A stretch of DNA of 64,000 nt from contig JAQYVW010000001.1 of the NCBI GenBank assembly GCA_030145325.1, positions 15,331 through 79,330 of the forward strand. Reading direction: 5' to 3'. The notes beneath the pieces were generated by a model. The model was given only the letters and a program-made list of their open reading frames with translations, was not told the origin of the DNA and made no database searches. The DNA is from Desulfurivibrionaceae bacterium (GTDB taxonomy: Bacteria > Desulfobacterota > Desulfobulbia > Desulfobulbales > UBA5123). Positions 9,430-18,930 of this stretch are shown in pieces. The position numbers and the translations under genes were made by a program. Every line of letters starts with the position of its first letter. Within the stretch, counting starts at the first letter, position 1.

Positions 9430-9473
9430 GGATACTGCGAGAACAGGAGCTCTATGTTGGTCGGAACTATAAA

Positions 9474-9505
9474 TAAAAAAAGCGGAGTGGCCTCCGCTTT
9501 TTTTT
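9474..9505 (-). terminator. bidirectional-looking intrinsic terminator downstream of the 9542..10252 gene
   Basis: An A7 run, the stem agcggag/ctccgct with a 4-nt loop, then a T7 run. Confidence 0.7.
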
Positions 9506-9541
9506 ACTGCAAATATAAATAATCCCAACAGGGGCAGCAAG

Positions 9542-10252
9542 CTACCCTTGGACAACCAGGGATGAAGGATCGATATTCAAGGAAGTCCCGACTTCGACAG
9601 CACCCGTGGTATCTTTGACAACGTTCAAGGTATTACAGTTTTGTTTCTCGGCGGGGGGCTGGATAACCATCACCGTGTCAAAAAGATCATCAACCTCGTG
9701 ACAAGGGGCAGGGATACCGTTGGCGCTGACCCGTTCATCTTCACGATGGCTTACCGCTGAGAACCAGATGTTGAGGTCCATGACCTCCATCAGCTCCCGT
9801 AGGTCTGCCAGGTCTTCGCGACTGGCCTTGGTGAAGTCAAAGCCATCGATAATCAGGCATTCGGGGCGGAAAATATCCTGCTGAACCAGATCATTCAACC
9901 GTTCTTCCAGGCGGGGCCGATTAAAGGCTGAAACCTTAAAGGTCATGATCATGCGATGTTGCATGATCTCCGCGGCCACGGCGGCGGCATTTTCAAGATG
10001 TTCTGCGCCGACAATATCCTTAAAGATATCGTCATACCATACCCTGGTTTTATCCAGGGACTGATCGATGCTGACATGAACAATCTTCTTCCCGTTCAGG
10101 ATGCTGTCCAGGGCAAGCTGCACCAGAATGGCGGTTTTGCCCAGGCCTGCGCGGGACATGACCAGCCCCATCCGCTGCGAAATTTCTTTTCCTTTGGCAT
10201 CCTGGCTGAGGATACGGAGAGGATTTTTGGCGATTAAATCCTGTTTCAACAT
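9542..10252 (-). CDS. RecA-superfamily (DnaB-C/KaiC-like) P-loop ATPase, function unknown
   Basis: 236 aa. Walker A-like LVMSRAGLGKTAILV (compare DnaB ARPSMGKT) and Walker B-like ECLIIDGFD. It lies 57 nt downstream of the EF-G paralog with no terminator in between. Confidence 0.5.
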   Translation of the reverse strand: MLKQDLIAKNPLRILSQDAKGKEISQRMGLVMSRAGLGKTAILVQLALDSILNGKKIVHVSIDQSLDKTRVWYDDIFKDIVGAEHLENAAAVAAEIMQHRMIMTFKVSAFNRPRLEERLNDLVQQDIFRPECLIIDGFDFTKASREDLADLRELMEVMDLNIWFSAVSHREDERVSANGIPAPCHEVDDLFDTVMVIQPPAEKQNCNTLNVVKDTTGAVEVGTSLNIDPSSLVVQG

Positions 10253-10309
10253 GGTTGCTCTCCTCTATCTTTCTCTATACTGATGACCTTTTTCTGATCA
10301 CAGGTCGAG

Positions 10310-12391
10310 TTATTTTTTCTCTTTATCTTCTTTGACTTTCTTGATGATCTCTTCGGAGACACCCTTGGGCACCGGACGATAGGTGGCAAATTCCATGGTG
10401 AATTCGGCTTTTCCCTGGGTAAGGGAGCGAAGCACAGTGGAGTAACCGAACATCTCGGAGAGGGGAACTTCTGCCTCAACCACAGTGTAGTTGCCTTCCT
10501 CGGTGGTACCGATGATCATACCGCGGCGTTGGTTGATACTGCCCATGATTCCGCCCTGAAACTCGGTGGGTCCTTCCACGGCAACCTTCATGATCGGTTC
10601 CATGATCATGGGCTTGGCTTTCATGTATCCTTCCTTGAAAGCGCCAAGGGATGCGAGCTGGAAGGCTACGTCTGAGGAGTCGACGGCATGGTAAGCGCCG
10701 TCGTTGATCACGCAGCGAACCCCGTTGACCTGAGCGCCAGCCAAGGCACCCTTGGCCATCCCTTTTTGGAAGCCCTTGTCGCAGGAGGAGATAAACTCAC
10801 GGGGGATGGAGCCGCCGACGATGTTGTCGACAAACTCGTAGTTCTCTTCTTCAATTGGCTCCATGTAACCAGCCACCCGCCCAAACTGACCTGAACCACC
10901 GGTCTGTTTCTTGTGGGTGTAATTGAATTCCGATCGTTGGGAAATGGTTTCGCGATAAGCAACCTGAGGCGCACCGACTTCGACCTCGGCATTGTACTCG
11001 CGCTTCATGCGCTCGATGTATACCTCAAGGTGCAGCTCACCCATTCCACAGATGATGGATTCGTTGGTCTCGTGATCAACATAGGTGCGGAAGGTGGGAT
11101 CTTCTTTGGTGAAGCGATTGAGGGCCTTGGCCATGCTGACCTGAGTCTTGTTGTCCACCGGCTTGATGGACAGTGAGATAACCGGTGCCGGCACATGCAT
11201 GGAGCTCATGGATACTGAGATGTCCGGTGAGGTGAAGGTGTCACCTGAGGCACAATCTATGCCGAACAGGGCGACGATGTCACCAGCGCAGGCCTCATCG
11301 ATGTCCTCCATCTCATTGGAATGCATCCGCACCAAGCGACCGATCTTGACCTTGCGACCATCACGGCTGTTGACAATGGTGTCACCCTTGCACATGGTGC
11401 CTTGATAGATACGAACATAGGTGAGCTGACCGTAGCGCCCTTCTTCAAGTTTGAAAGCCAGGCTGACCAGTTTGTCATCGGAATCGTAACTGACCGCGAA
11501 CTCTTCCTCATCCTTGTCGAGGTCGAGAGCAATGTTCTCAACCTCGGTGGGGGTGGGCAGGTATGAAACAACCGCGTTAAGCATGGCCTGTACGCCCTTG
11601 TTTTTGTAAGCGGAGCCGACAAAAACCGGGGTCATTTCCAGATCGATGGTGCCTTTACGAACCGCCTCAATGATCATCTCCGGGGTGGGGGTGCCTTCCA
11701 GCACTGCTTCCATCAACTCGTCGGAAAACATGGAGGCGGCGTCAAGCATTTCTTCACGCTTGGCATCGCACTCGTCTTGAAGCTCGGCGGGGATTTCATC
11801 CTCGCGGATAATCTCACCGTTATCGCCTTCATAATAGAGAGCCCTCATGGTCACCAGATCGACAACGCCCAGCATGTTGCCCTCAAGGCCGATGGGCACC
11901 TGCATCATCACCGCGTTCTGATTCAACTTGTCGCGCAACTGGCCAGCAACCCGCTCGGGGTTAGCGCCGGTGCGGTCACATTTGTTGATGAAAGCGATGC
12001 GTGGAACCTTGTAACGGTCCATCTGGCGATTAACGGTGATGGACTGTGATTGTACGCCGCCCACCGAACAGAGGATTAACACCGCGCCGTCAAGAACGCG
12101 TAGCGCCCGCTCAACCTCAATGGTGAAATCCACATGGCCCGGGGTATCAATAATATTGATTTTATGGTCGTCCCAGGTGCAATAGGTGGCGGCGGACTGA
12201 ATGGTAATGCCGCGCTCTTTTTCAAGCTCCATGGAGTCCATGGTGGCGCCGACACCATCCTTGCCCCGCACTTCATGAATGGAGTGGATGCGGTCGGTGT
12301 AAAAAAGGATACGTTCTGTCAGGGTGGTTTTGCCGGAGTCGATATGGGCACTGATGCCGATATTACGTACGTTGCTGAGATCTTTTGTCAT
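10310..12391 (-). CDS. fusA: elongation factor G paralog (EF-G2-like, not in a str operon context)
   Basis: 693 aa. G1 [10 protein letters not shown]3 DTPGHVDF and G4 NKCD motifs are present, with full EF-G domain order through the C-terminal end. Confidence 0.93.
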   Translation of the reverse strand: MTKDLSNVRNIGISAHIDSGKTTLTERILFYTDRIHSIHEVRGKDGVGATMDSMELEKERGITIQSAATYCTWDDHKINIIDTPGHVDFTIEVERALRVLDGAVLILCSVGGVQSQSITVNRQMDRYKVPRIAFINKCDRTGANPERVAGQLRDKLNQNAVMMQVPIGLEGNMLGVVDLVTMRALYYEGDNGEIIREDEIPAELQDECDAKREEMLDAASMFSDELMEAVLEGTPTPEMIIEAVRKGTIDLEMTPVFVGSAYKNKGVQAMLNAVVSYLPTPTEVENIALDLDKDEEEFAVSYDSDDKLVSLAFKLEEGRYGQLTYVRIYQGTMCKGDTIVNSRDGRKVKIGRLVRMHSNEMEDIDEACAGDIVALFGIDCASGDTFTSPDISVSMSSMHVPAPVISLSIKPVDNKTQVSMAKALNRFTKEDPTFRTYVDHETNESIICGMGELHLEVYIERMKREYNAEVEVGAPQVAYRETISQRSEFNYTHKKQTGGSGQFGRVAGYMEPIEEENYEFVDNIVGGSIPREFISSCDKGFQKGMAKGALAGAQVNGVRCVINDGAYHAVDSSDVAFQLASLGAFKEGYMKAKPMIMEPIMKVAVEGPTEFQGGIMGSINQRRGMIIGTTEEGNYTVVEAEVPLSEMFGYSTVLRSLTQGKAEFTMEFATYRPVPKGVSEEIIKKVKEDKEKK

Positions 12392-12500
12392 CGCTTTTTC
12401 CTTAGCCGTTCCTTTTCATGTCATGCATGCGGCCAACCACTTCCATGCGAGGTGGTGGCTTCTGTTTTTTGTAAGATACGGGATATACGTATAAAATATT

Positions 12501-12534
12501 AAAAAACGGCCCCGTGAGCAACAGAGAGGCCGTT
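12501..12534 (-). terminator. intrinsic terminator after the 12601..13155 gene
   Basis: The minus strand reads aacggcc-(16 nt loop)-ggccgtt followed by tttttt. Confidence 0.55.
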
Positions 12535-12600
12535 AGATTGCGTGGATGAGAACCGCTATATTTACCCCTAGGGGTACGGGTCTGTCAAGAAAAAACCCTT

Positions 12601-13155
12601 TTATTTATTCCCAAAAGCGTCGGCAAAAAGTTTATCGATGGCCGCGCGCCCCTTAGCGGTTAATTCTCTGGTTCCTGAGCCGACGATTGTTTTGTGTTCT
12701 ATTTTCGGGCTATCCTGCTGCCATTCGCCTTGCTGCCAGGAAAACCACTCATCTTTATCTTGATCATAAACGCTCACCGGCAGGTTGAATAGCTTGGCCA
12801 GTTCAACCGCCCAGCCGGTGCCGCCTTTGACGGTGTTGTCGTCTAGGATGACGCCCACCGCGAAGACCTGATGGCCCTTGTTGACCATGTGGAAGATGGT
12901 TTGTAGGACCTTGCGAATGTTCTCTGCCTGGTAATAGGTGCGGTTCATCATCTTGGCGGCAAGTTCCATGCTGATGTCACCACGGCGTAGATCTTCATCA
13001 GATAGAACAACCAGATGTTTGCGACGATCTGGAGTACGGCCAGCGTAGGTGAAGTTGACTTCTTTAACTGCCCATTTTTCGGCAGCCTCACCGAAGGCGC
13101 ATTCCGCCCCTTGCAGTCCTCCGCTGTACAGCGTGCATTGATCATTTTGCAACAT
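12601..13155 (-). CDS. hypothetical Rossmann-like protein (SLOG/DprA-like motif)
   Basis: 184 aa. The N-terminal LYSGGLQGAECAFGEAA resembles the SGGxxGxD motif of DprA/LOG-type SLOG domains. This is a by-eye call only. Confidence 0.45.
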   Translation of the reverse strand: MLQNDQCTLYSGGLQGAECAFGEAAEKWAVKEVNFTYAGRTPDRRKHLVVLSDEDLRRGDISMELAAKMMNRTYYQAENIRKVLQTIFHMVNKGHQVFAVGVILDDNTVKGGTGWAVELAKLFNLPVSVYDQDKDEWFSWQQGEWQQDSPKIEHKTIVGSGTRELTAKGRAAIDKLFADAFGNK

Positions 13156-13460
13156 CTTTATCTCCTCCCTCTTTGCTCATCATCCCTATGCGGCCAGGTG
13201 CTTCAGGCGGCAGCACAGTTTAAGAATATCAAGGCGGCAATCATGCCGCAGCCATAAAAGTATTATGCAGGCCAGCCTCTTACGAATAAAACAGAGATGG
13301 TATTTTTCAGTGCTTGTACTCAAGAGAAGCACTTTTGTCCAGTAATTTACCGTTTTCCATCATTTGCCTAGGATTTTCAGCCTTGCTTCGTAAAATTATT
13401 TTGTCCTAGGCCGTATCCTAAATCGCCAGCTTAGTTCTTCGGGAATTGGGCAGCAAACGC

Positions 13461-13495
13461 ACCAAGCCCGCCGGGATCATTCCGACGGGCTTGGT
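13461..13495 (-). terminator. possible terminator hairpin after the rhodanese gene
   Basis: A 10-bp stem accaagcccg/cgggcttggt with a 15-nt loop lies 26 nt past the stop. The U-tract is weak. Confidence 0.35.
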
Positions 13496-13520
13496 TAACT
13501 TGCATCTGGATCAGTGTTGC

Positions 13521-14846
13521 TTATTTTGCTTCGATTTCAAGTTCGCCGTCGTCGAAGGAGACCATGGCGTCCAGGAAGCGATTTTTTCGACCCATTTGCG
13601 CCAGAGCGGTGTGGGCCATTTCGGCACGAACCCCGGTGTTGCAGTAAAGGATGATTTCTTTACCGGCAGGGATATCTTTTACCCGCTGGGCAACCAGGTC
13701 TGCCGGAATGTTCATGGATCCGCCAATTTTTCCTGCCGTACACTCGTCAGGATTGCGGACGTCGACGATCACCATTTGACCGGGGTGTTCAATGGCGCTT
13801 TTGAAGTCAGCAATGGAGATGGTGCCTGGTTTGGCCTTGGCCTTGTAAGCAATCTTGCTGGCCGTGGCCCCGCTTTGCACGGGATTGCCAGCGCTCTGCC
13901 ACGCAGCAAACGGCATTGGCATTACCTGGACCTTCTTGTAGCCCCAGGAATGAATCATTTCGGCGGCATTGGTGGCACCAGGCCCGTAAACAATGATCGG
14001 CGCCATCTTGTTGCCTGGAAACATATTCTTGCTGGCGGCAAGTTTGTTGCGCTCAATCCCCACTGCCCCTTTGATGTGACCTTTCTTAACCTGGGCGGTA
14101 TCGCGCAGGTCGATCAAGACATGGGGGACACCTTTGCCGATGGCCATTTTTACCCAATCCGGGGCGGTGACCCCGGTTTCGGTTTTTACCCAGTCCGGGT
14201 AGCCGCCGATGTAAATCTTGACATCGGTGTAGCCAAGGCTCTTGGTTTTTAAGGAAGCGGTGGGGCTTAGGCAGCCACCGACGCCGTAGAAGATAATCGG
14301 GGTGTTTTTGTTTTTAGGTAATTTGCCGATAAACTTGTCAAAGGCCGGGGCGGGCATCAGGCCGGTGTCGGGGATATGGGCCATCTTGTATTTCATTGGC
14401 GGCCGCACGTCATAGATCTTGGTGGTGGGATTCTGGCGTAGTTTTTTAAATTGTGCTTTGGTGAGGCGCTCGTCGTTGGTGACGGTTTTTAGGATATCGA
14501 AACGAATAATTTCGTTGGCGATCTTTTCGCCGTTCTTTTCGGTAAAGTTGATCTGGAACCCTTTTTTCTTATAATTGCGAATATCGGCGAAGTCTTTAAC
14601 GTATTTTACCGTGGTCTGATTAGTAAACTTTACTACTTCCTTGTGGGACATAATGTCCATCTGGATGATTTTTGATTTCAGCGAGATATTCTCGAGAAAT
14701 CCCATCATCACTCCTTGTTGCTGTTCGTGACACATGCCGCAAAGCTTGGCGGTGGTTGATTTGCTACCGGTCTGAGCCATGGTCATTGGTGCCCAGGTGA
14801 GCGCGGCGATGAGTGCTACGGCTGGTACAAGTTTCTTTTTCTGCAT
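13521..14846 (-). CDS. periplasmic protein with one CXXCH motif and three rhodanese-like domains
   Basis: Signal peptide MQKKKLVPAVALIAALTWAPMTMA. A CGMCH motif follows right after the cleavage region. Three rhodanese-like repeats are present, and candidate active-site Cys loops occur in the first (YGVGGCLSP) and third (LYCNTGVRAE). Confidence 0.75.
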   Translation of the reverse strand: MQKKKLVPAVALIAALTWAPMTMAQTGSKSTTAKLCGMCHEQQQGVMMGFLENISLKSKIIQMDIMSHKEVVKFTNQTTVKYVKDFADIRNYKKKGFQINFTEKNGEKIANEIIRFDILKTVTNDERLTKAQFKKLRQNPTTKIYDVRPPMKYKMAHIPDTGLMPAPAFDKFIGKLPKNKNTPIIFYGVGGCLSPTASLKTKSLGYTDVKIYIGGYPDWVKTETGVTAPDWVKMAIGKGVPHVLIDLRDTAQVKKGHIKGAVGIERNKLAASKNMFPGNKMAPIIVYGPGATNAAEMIHSWGYKKVQVMPMPFAAWQSAGNPVQSGATASKIAYKAKAKPGTISIADFKSAIEHPGQMVIVDVRNPDECTAGKIGGSMNIPADLVAQRVKDIPAGKEIILYCNTGVRAEMAHTALAQMGRKNRFLDAMVSFDDGELEIEAK

Positions 14847-15257
14847 GTTCCCCCCTTCCGTTTTCTTGTAAATTATTTTTTCCAGTTAAAGCGGGCCTTT
14901 ATGCTGTTGGGGAAAGTTAGCATAAAGTTTATCTGGAAGCAATTTTTTATACTTGTGGGGGGAAGTTATATTTTTGTACCGAGCTGAAGAGGCCACCCGC
15001 GCAACCCCTTTGGCCATTTCAGGATTGGCCAATATCGCACTCAGTCTGTTGCATGTTTAGTGAACGGTGGTAATCAACTGAAAACAAGCAAAAAAATCAA
15101 AACTCGGCTGTGTCTCTGTAAAGAGGTCGTCGTTTGAGGTGGAAACAATGAGATAGAAATTTGCCAGATGTCGTAAAATGATGAGAGGTGGGTGCTTCTG
15201 AGAACAGGGCTGGAGAGGGGGCATCGCCGGAAAAATATCGCCCAATAACCATAAAAC

Positions 15258-15292
15258 AAAAAAAGGCCTTACAGCTATTTAGCTGTAAGGCC
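15258..15292 (-). terminator. intrinsic terminator downstream of tRNA-Phe
   Basis: The minus strand reads ggccttacagct-aaat-agctgtaaggcc followed by T7. Confidence 0.75.
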
Positions 15293-15302
15293 TTGAATGA
15301 TC

Positions 15303-15378
<76 letters not shown>

Positions 15379-15418
15379 GAAGAAATCGGGGCTACTATAT
15401 TGAGCGGTGCCGCTCTTG

Positions 15419-15889
15419 TCAAGATCTTTGTTCGGTGGATACCACCATGGTGCCTGCCACCAGGTCGTGCCAGGTGTTCCCCTTGCCACTGATTGCGGCC
15501 CAGAGGAACCCGGCCCCAAAGGGAAGCAATGAGAGGATAACTGCAGCCCAGCGGAGGAAGGCGATCCCGGTGGGCACTGGCTTTCCATCGTTTGTTACCA
15601 GTTTGATCCCCATGATGAGTTTGCCCACGGTTTGACCACCGTAGGCATGGAGAATAACACTGTAGAAGAGAATGGTCAGCGCGGGGGTTAACAGAAAAAG
15701 AACCAGAAAAAGAGTGCCGCCAATGAGGGCGGTGGTCAGACTTGCCGGAGAAAGACCGGTCAGGGCGTGCCCAAGAAGGAGGAAAAAGGTGCAATGGAGG
15801 GCGTTCAGCAGTGCTAAGTCGATGGCAAAAGCCATGCCTCGTGGCCAAAATCCTGCCGGGGTGTTCGCTGCGTAATGATCATCCCTCAT
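15419..15889 (-). CDS. RDD-family membrane protein
   Basis: 156 aa. The N-terminus is MRDDHY...FWPRGMAFAIDL, followed by three hydrophobic helices. Confidence 0.7.
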   Translation of the reverse strand: MRDDHYAANTPAGFWPRGMAFAIDLALLNALHCTFFLLLGHALTGLSPASLTTALIGGTLFLVLFLLTPALTILFYSVILHAYGGQTVGKLIMGIKLVTNDGKPVPTGIAFLRWAAVILSLLPFGAGFLWAAISGKGNTWHDLVAGTMVVSTEQRS

Positions 15890-15895
15890 GGTCTT

Positions 15896-16885
15896 TTACT
15901 TTTCCGGCTCGGGAGAGCGGCCTTCTTCATCATCGCTGGTAGCTAAGTCTATCTCGTCGGATACGTCCATGGTTAAGGCTAGTTCGTCGCCGTTGGTATC
16001 TTCGTCGGCGTCGCCAATCAGGGAGGAAAGGTCAAAGATCTCTTCGTTGTCATTTACCGGTTCCGCAGTGGCGCCGGAATCGGAGATCAAGTCGGAAAGA
16101 TCTATTTCTTCAAGATCCAGGCTGGAAGCAGTTTGCATTGGTTCTGTTTTTACTTCCAGGTTTTCTTCGGCAGGATATTCATCGTTATCGGTGGGCATTT
16201 CCAGGGAAAGGTCAAGGGAATCTTCTTCAGCAGTTTCTTCCTCTGCCGGGGCGGCATCGTCGTCGACAGGCATTTCCAGAGATAGTTCCAGAGAATCTTT
16301 TTCTGGGGCTTCTTCCTCGGTCATGACGATCTCTTCTTCGGCTTCTTCAACCGCAAGCTCGAGGGTTTCTTCCTCCGGTATTTCGAGGGTTATCTCCAGA
16401 GCTTCTTCCGGCTCAGGGGTGGGCTCGGCGGCAATCTCCTCCACCGCAATCTCTTCCTCCGGCTCAGGAATCTCAAGGGATATTTCAAGGGATTCTTCTT
16501 CCTCTTCCAGGCTAATTTCCGGAGCCTCTTCCTCCGGAATTACCAGAGAGATTTCTTCTTCGGGTTCTGCAAAAGAAAGTTCTATCTCGGGCGGAGGTTC
16601 AGAATGAATCATGCCCTGGCTTTCTGCTTCTAATTCGTCAAAGAGGGCGGTGGCGCCATCATGAACTTCTTCATTGACTGTTTCTTCGATATCGATCATC
16701 GGCGCATCATGCTCAACGGCTTCTCCCAGCGCTGCCGCCAGAAAGAAAGGCGGATCCGTCTTTTGGCCGGTTCCGGTATAGGCAAGAGGGGTGGCCGTTT
16801 GATCGACACCGCATTTGTTGCATGACGATTGTTGATCAAAGGAGATGAAGCCACATTTTTGGCATCGCATCAGGGATTTCCTCAT
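15896..16885 (-). CDS. zinc-ribbon protein with a long acidic repeat tail
   Basis: N-terminal CQKCGFISFDQQSSCNKCG. The remaining ~270 aa are Glu/Asp-rich with repeated (D/E)SL(E/D)LSLEMP and EISLE units. The stop is 6 nt before the RDD gene start. Confidence 0.65.
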   Translation of the reverse strand: MRKSLMRCQKCGFISFDQQSSCNKCGVDQTATPLAYTGTGQKTDPPFFLAAALGEAVEHDAPMIDIEETVNEEVHDGATALFDELEAESQGMIHSEPPPEIELSFAEPEEEISLVIPEEEAPEISLEEEEESLEISLEIPEPEEEIAVEEIAAEPTPEPEEALEITLEIPEEETLELAVEEAEEEIVMTEEEAPEKDSLELSLEMPVDDDAAPAEEETAEEDSLDLSLEMPTDNDEYPAEENLEVKTEPMQTASSLDLEEIDLSDLISDSGATAEPVNDNEEIFDLSSLIGDADEDTNGDELALTMDVSDEIDLATSDDEEGRSPEPEK

Positions 16886-17156
16886 GGTCTAGTTAGTCAT
16901 TTGATTAAAGACATGGAAGGCGTAGTTGTTTATCTCTACTGCAATTCCGATGCTTCAGCATGATACAAGTTCTTTTAACTTAGTACACCAGAGGCTTCTC
17001 GGTCAAGATTTTCGTTGGTCAGGGTTATCAGTGTAGGGTGGTTGCGACAAGGCAAAACGGTAAGCAAAGTCTTGCAAAAAAAAGGGGATCGGGATACTCT
17101 GCCACTTCTTTGTTATAGTACGGCCATTTTGCGTTAAAGTCTGCAGTGTTAGGAGA

Positions 17157-17564
17157 TTGTTGGATATGCGCTTTTCCCGTTGTCTGTTGTTGGGATGTTG
17201 TCTTGTTGGTCTGCTGCTGTTGCCGGGATGTTTCTCTCATCAGCCGGTTCGCCATCTTTCTTCCGATGTCTGTTTGTTGTTGCCGGGGCAGATGACCCAA
17301 AAGGATGTTTTGGGCTACTTGGGCGATCCTGATCAGCGTAGGGCCGGTGTCGATGGGCAGATGGTCTGGCTGTATTACTCTGTGCACCAGAGTACGTTGC
17401 GGAAGACCCCTTATTTTGGAAAGCAGATGGGTTCGGCAACCTATGATGTGGTTACGATAACCTTTGTCGGTGACACCATGCAGGCATGTGTTTATCGTGC
17501 CTTTGACGAGCAAGAATTTGCCAAGGCAGGCATCGTTGACGAAGGCAAGCGGCAGGACAAGTAA
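17157..17564 (+). CDS. small lipoprotein (possibly BamE/SmpA-like)
   Basis: Lipobox LLLPGC follows a hydrophobic leader. The mature part is ~110 aa. The family call is tentative. Confidence 0.55.
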   Translation: MLDMRFSRCLLLGCCLVGLLLLPGCFSHQPVRHLSSDVCLLLPGQMTQKDVLGYLGDPDQRRAGVDGQMVWLYYSVHQSTLRKTPYFGKQMGSATYDVVTITFVGDTMQACVYRAFDEQEFAKAGIVDEGKRQDK

Positions 17565-17639
17565 GGGGTTGGGATTCCTTGACCCCTCTTTTCGTATTCT
17601 ATCCTTTGCTATTAAAATTTTGGCAGAAGAGGTGATGGC

Positions 17640-18305
17640 GTGACCATTCTCTTTTCGTCCCCGGCTACCCGGGCCTATGAAAAAGTTCGGGCCCGGATGG
17701 TGAGCGAACAGTTGCAGCCACGCGGGGTTACCGATCCGGCAGTGTTGGCCGCGATGAATCGGGTGCCGCGACATTGTTTTGTCGATGACGCCTTGCAGTC
17801 ACAGGCTTATGGCGATTTTTCGTTGCCCATCGGTGAGGGGCAGACCATTTCGCAACCCTACGTTGTCGCCTTGATGACCCAGTTGTTGGGGCTGACCGGT
17901 AAGGAGACGGTGCTCGAGATCGGCACCGGCAGCGGATACCAAACCGCAATCCTTGCTGCCCTCGCTGAGCGGGTCTATACCGTTGAGCGCATCAAGGCTC
18001 TGCACGCCAGAGCCCGCCGGGTCTTTGATAAACTGCATATCTTTAACCTCCTCTGCAAGATTGATGACGGCACCCTTGGTTGGCCGGAGCATGGCCCCTA
18101 TGACGCGATCATTGTCACTGCCGCCGGTCCTTCGGTGCCGGAGCCGTTGGTGGCGCAGCTGGCTGATCCTGGGGTGATGGTGATTCCGGTGGGTGAGCGC
18201 GGCAACCAGAAGCTAGTGATGATCCGCAAGCAGGATGGGGAAGTGATGGAAGAGATCGTTGAGGATGTTAAATTCGTAAGCCTGATCGGAGATCATGGCT
18301 GGTAG
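17640..18305 (+). CDS. pcm: protein-L-isoaspartate O-methyltransferase
   Basis: 221 aa. Motifs include VPRHCFV, GEGQTISQPYVVA, the SAM motif VLEIGTGSGYQTA and a PVG...Q motif. Confidence 0.9.
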   Translation: MTILFSSPATRAYEKVRARMVSEQLQPRGVTDPAVLAAMNRVPRHCFVDDALQSQAYGDFSLPIGEGQTISQPYVVALMTQLLGLTGKETVLEIGTGSGYQTAILAALAERVYTVERIKALHARARRVFDKLHIFNLLCKIDDGTLGWPEHGPYDAIIVTAAGPSVPEPLVAQLADPGVMVIPVGERGNQKLVMIRKQDGEVMEEIVEDVKFVSLIGDHGW

Positions 18306-18930
18306 GGATAAAATGACTGATTCTTTGCGGGCAACTGTCCATGTCGGCCTGGTGCGGCGTTTCTATAACTGGGTTTTGGAGTGGGTGCAGAAGCCGCAAG
18401 GGGTCTGGATTCTTTTCTTGCTGGCCATTGCCGAATCTTCTTTTTTCCCCATCCCGCCCGATGTTTTTTTGATCGTGCTGGCCATTGCCACCCCCAAACG
18501 CGCCTTTCGCTATGCCGCTATCTGTAGTGTCGGCTCGGTGCTGGGCGGGGTGATCGGTTATGGGCTCGGGATGCTTTTTATGGATTCCGTTGGTTTTCGG
18601 ATTGTCGATTTCTACGGTCTGGCCGACAAGTACACCGTGGTGCAGGAGATGTATCGGCATTATGATGCCTGGGCGGTTGGAGCTGCTGGTTTTACCCCTC
18701 TTCCGTACAAATTGTTTACCATCACCGCCGGGGCGTTTCAGATTGATTTCTGGACATTTTTGTTCGCCTCAATTGTTTCGCGAACGGCGCGGTTCTTTCT
18801 GGTCGCTGGTTTTATTTACCGTTTCGGAGCGCCGGTGCGCTATTTTATCGAGCGTTATTTCAATCTGCTCTCCATTCTCTTTGTTGTCCTGCTCGCCTTG
18901 GGATATCTGCTGATCAAGTGGGCGCTTTGA
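18295..18930 (+). CDS. YqaA/DedA-related (VTT domain) membrane protein
   Basis: Polytopic protein with AIAESSFFPIPPDVFL and FTPLPYKLFTITAG motifs. It overlaps the pcm stop. Confidence 0.72.
   Translation: MAGRDKMTDSLRATVHVGLVRRFYNWVLEWVQKPQGVWILFLLAIAESSFFPIPPDVFLIVLAIATPKRAFRYAAICSVGSVLGGVIGYGLGMLFMDSVGFRIVDFYGLADKYTVVQEMYRHYDAWAVGAAGFTPLPYKLFTITAGAFQIDFWTFLFASIVSRTARFFLVAGFIYRFGAPVRYFIERYFNLLSILFVVLLALGYLLIKWAL

Noticed and set aside
13446-14252. 268-aa + strand ORF
   Set aside because: It is antisense to the rhodanese-domain gene, which has a signal peptide and repeated domain structure.
14990-15010. TGGCCA-N6-TTGC element upstream of the rhodanese gene
   Set aside because: The spacing is one nucleotide too long for a sigma-54 promoter, and it lies ~150 nt from the start codon.
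15888-16607. 239-aa Ser-rich + strand ORF
   Set aside because: It is the complement of the GAA/GAG-rich acidic-repeat gene. The Ser runs are the mirror of Glu codons. The minus frame has a zinc ribbon and operon linkage to the RDD gene.
17028-17774. 248-aa minus-strand ORF overlapping the lipoprotein and pcm genes
   Set aside because: It overlaps two better-supported + strand genes. Its product is low-complexity and Arg/Gln/Pro-rich.
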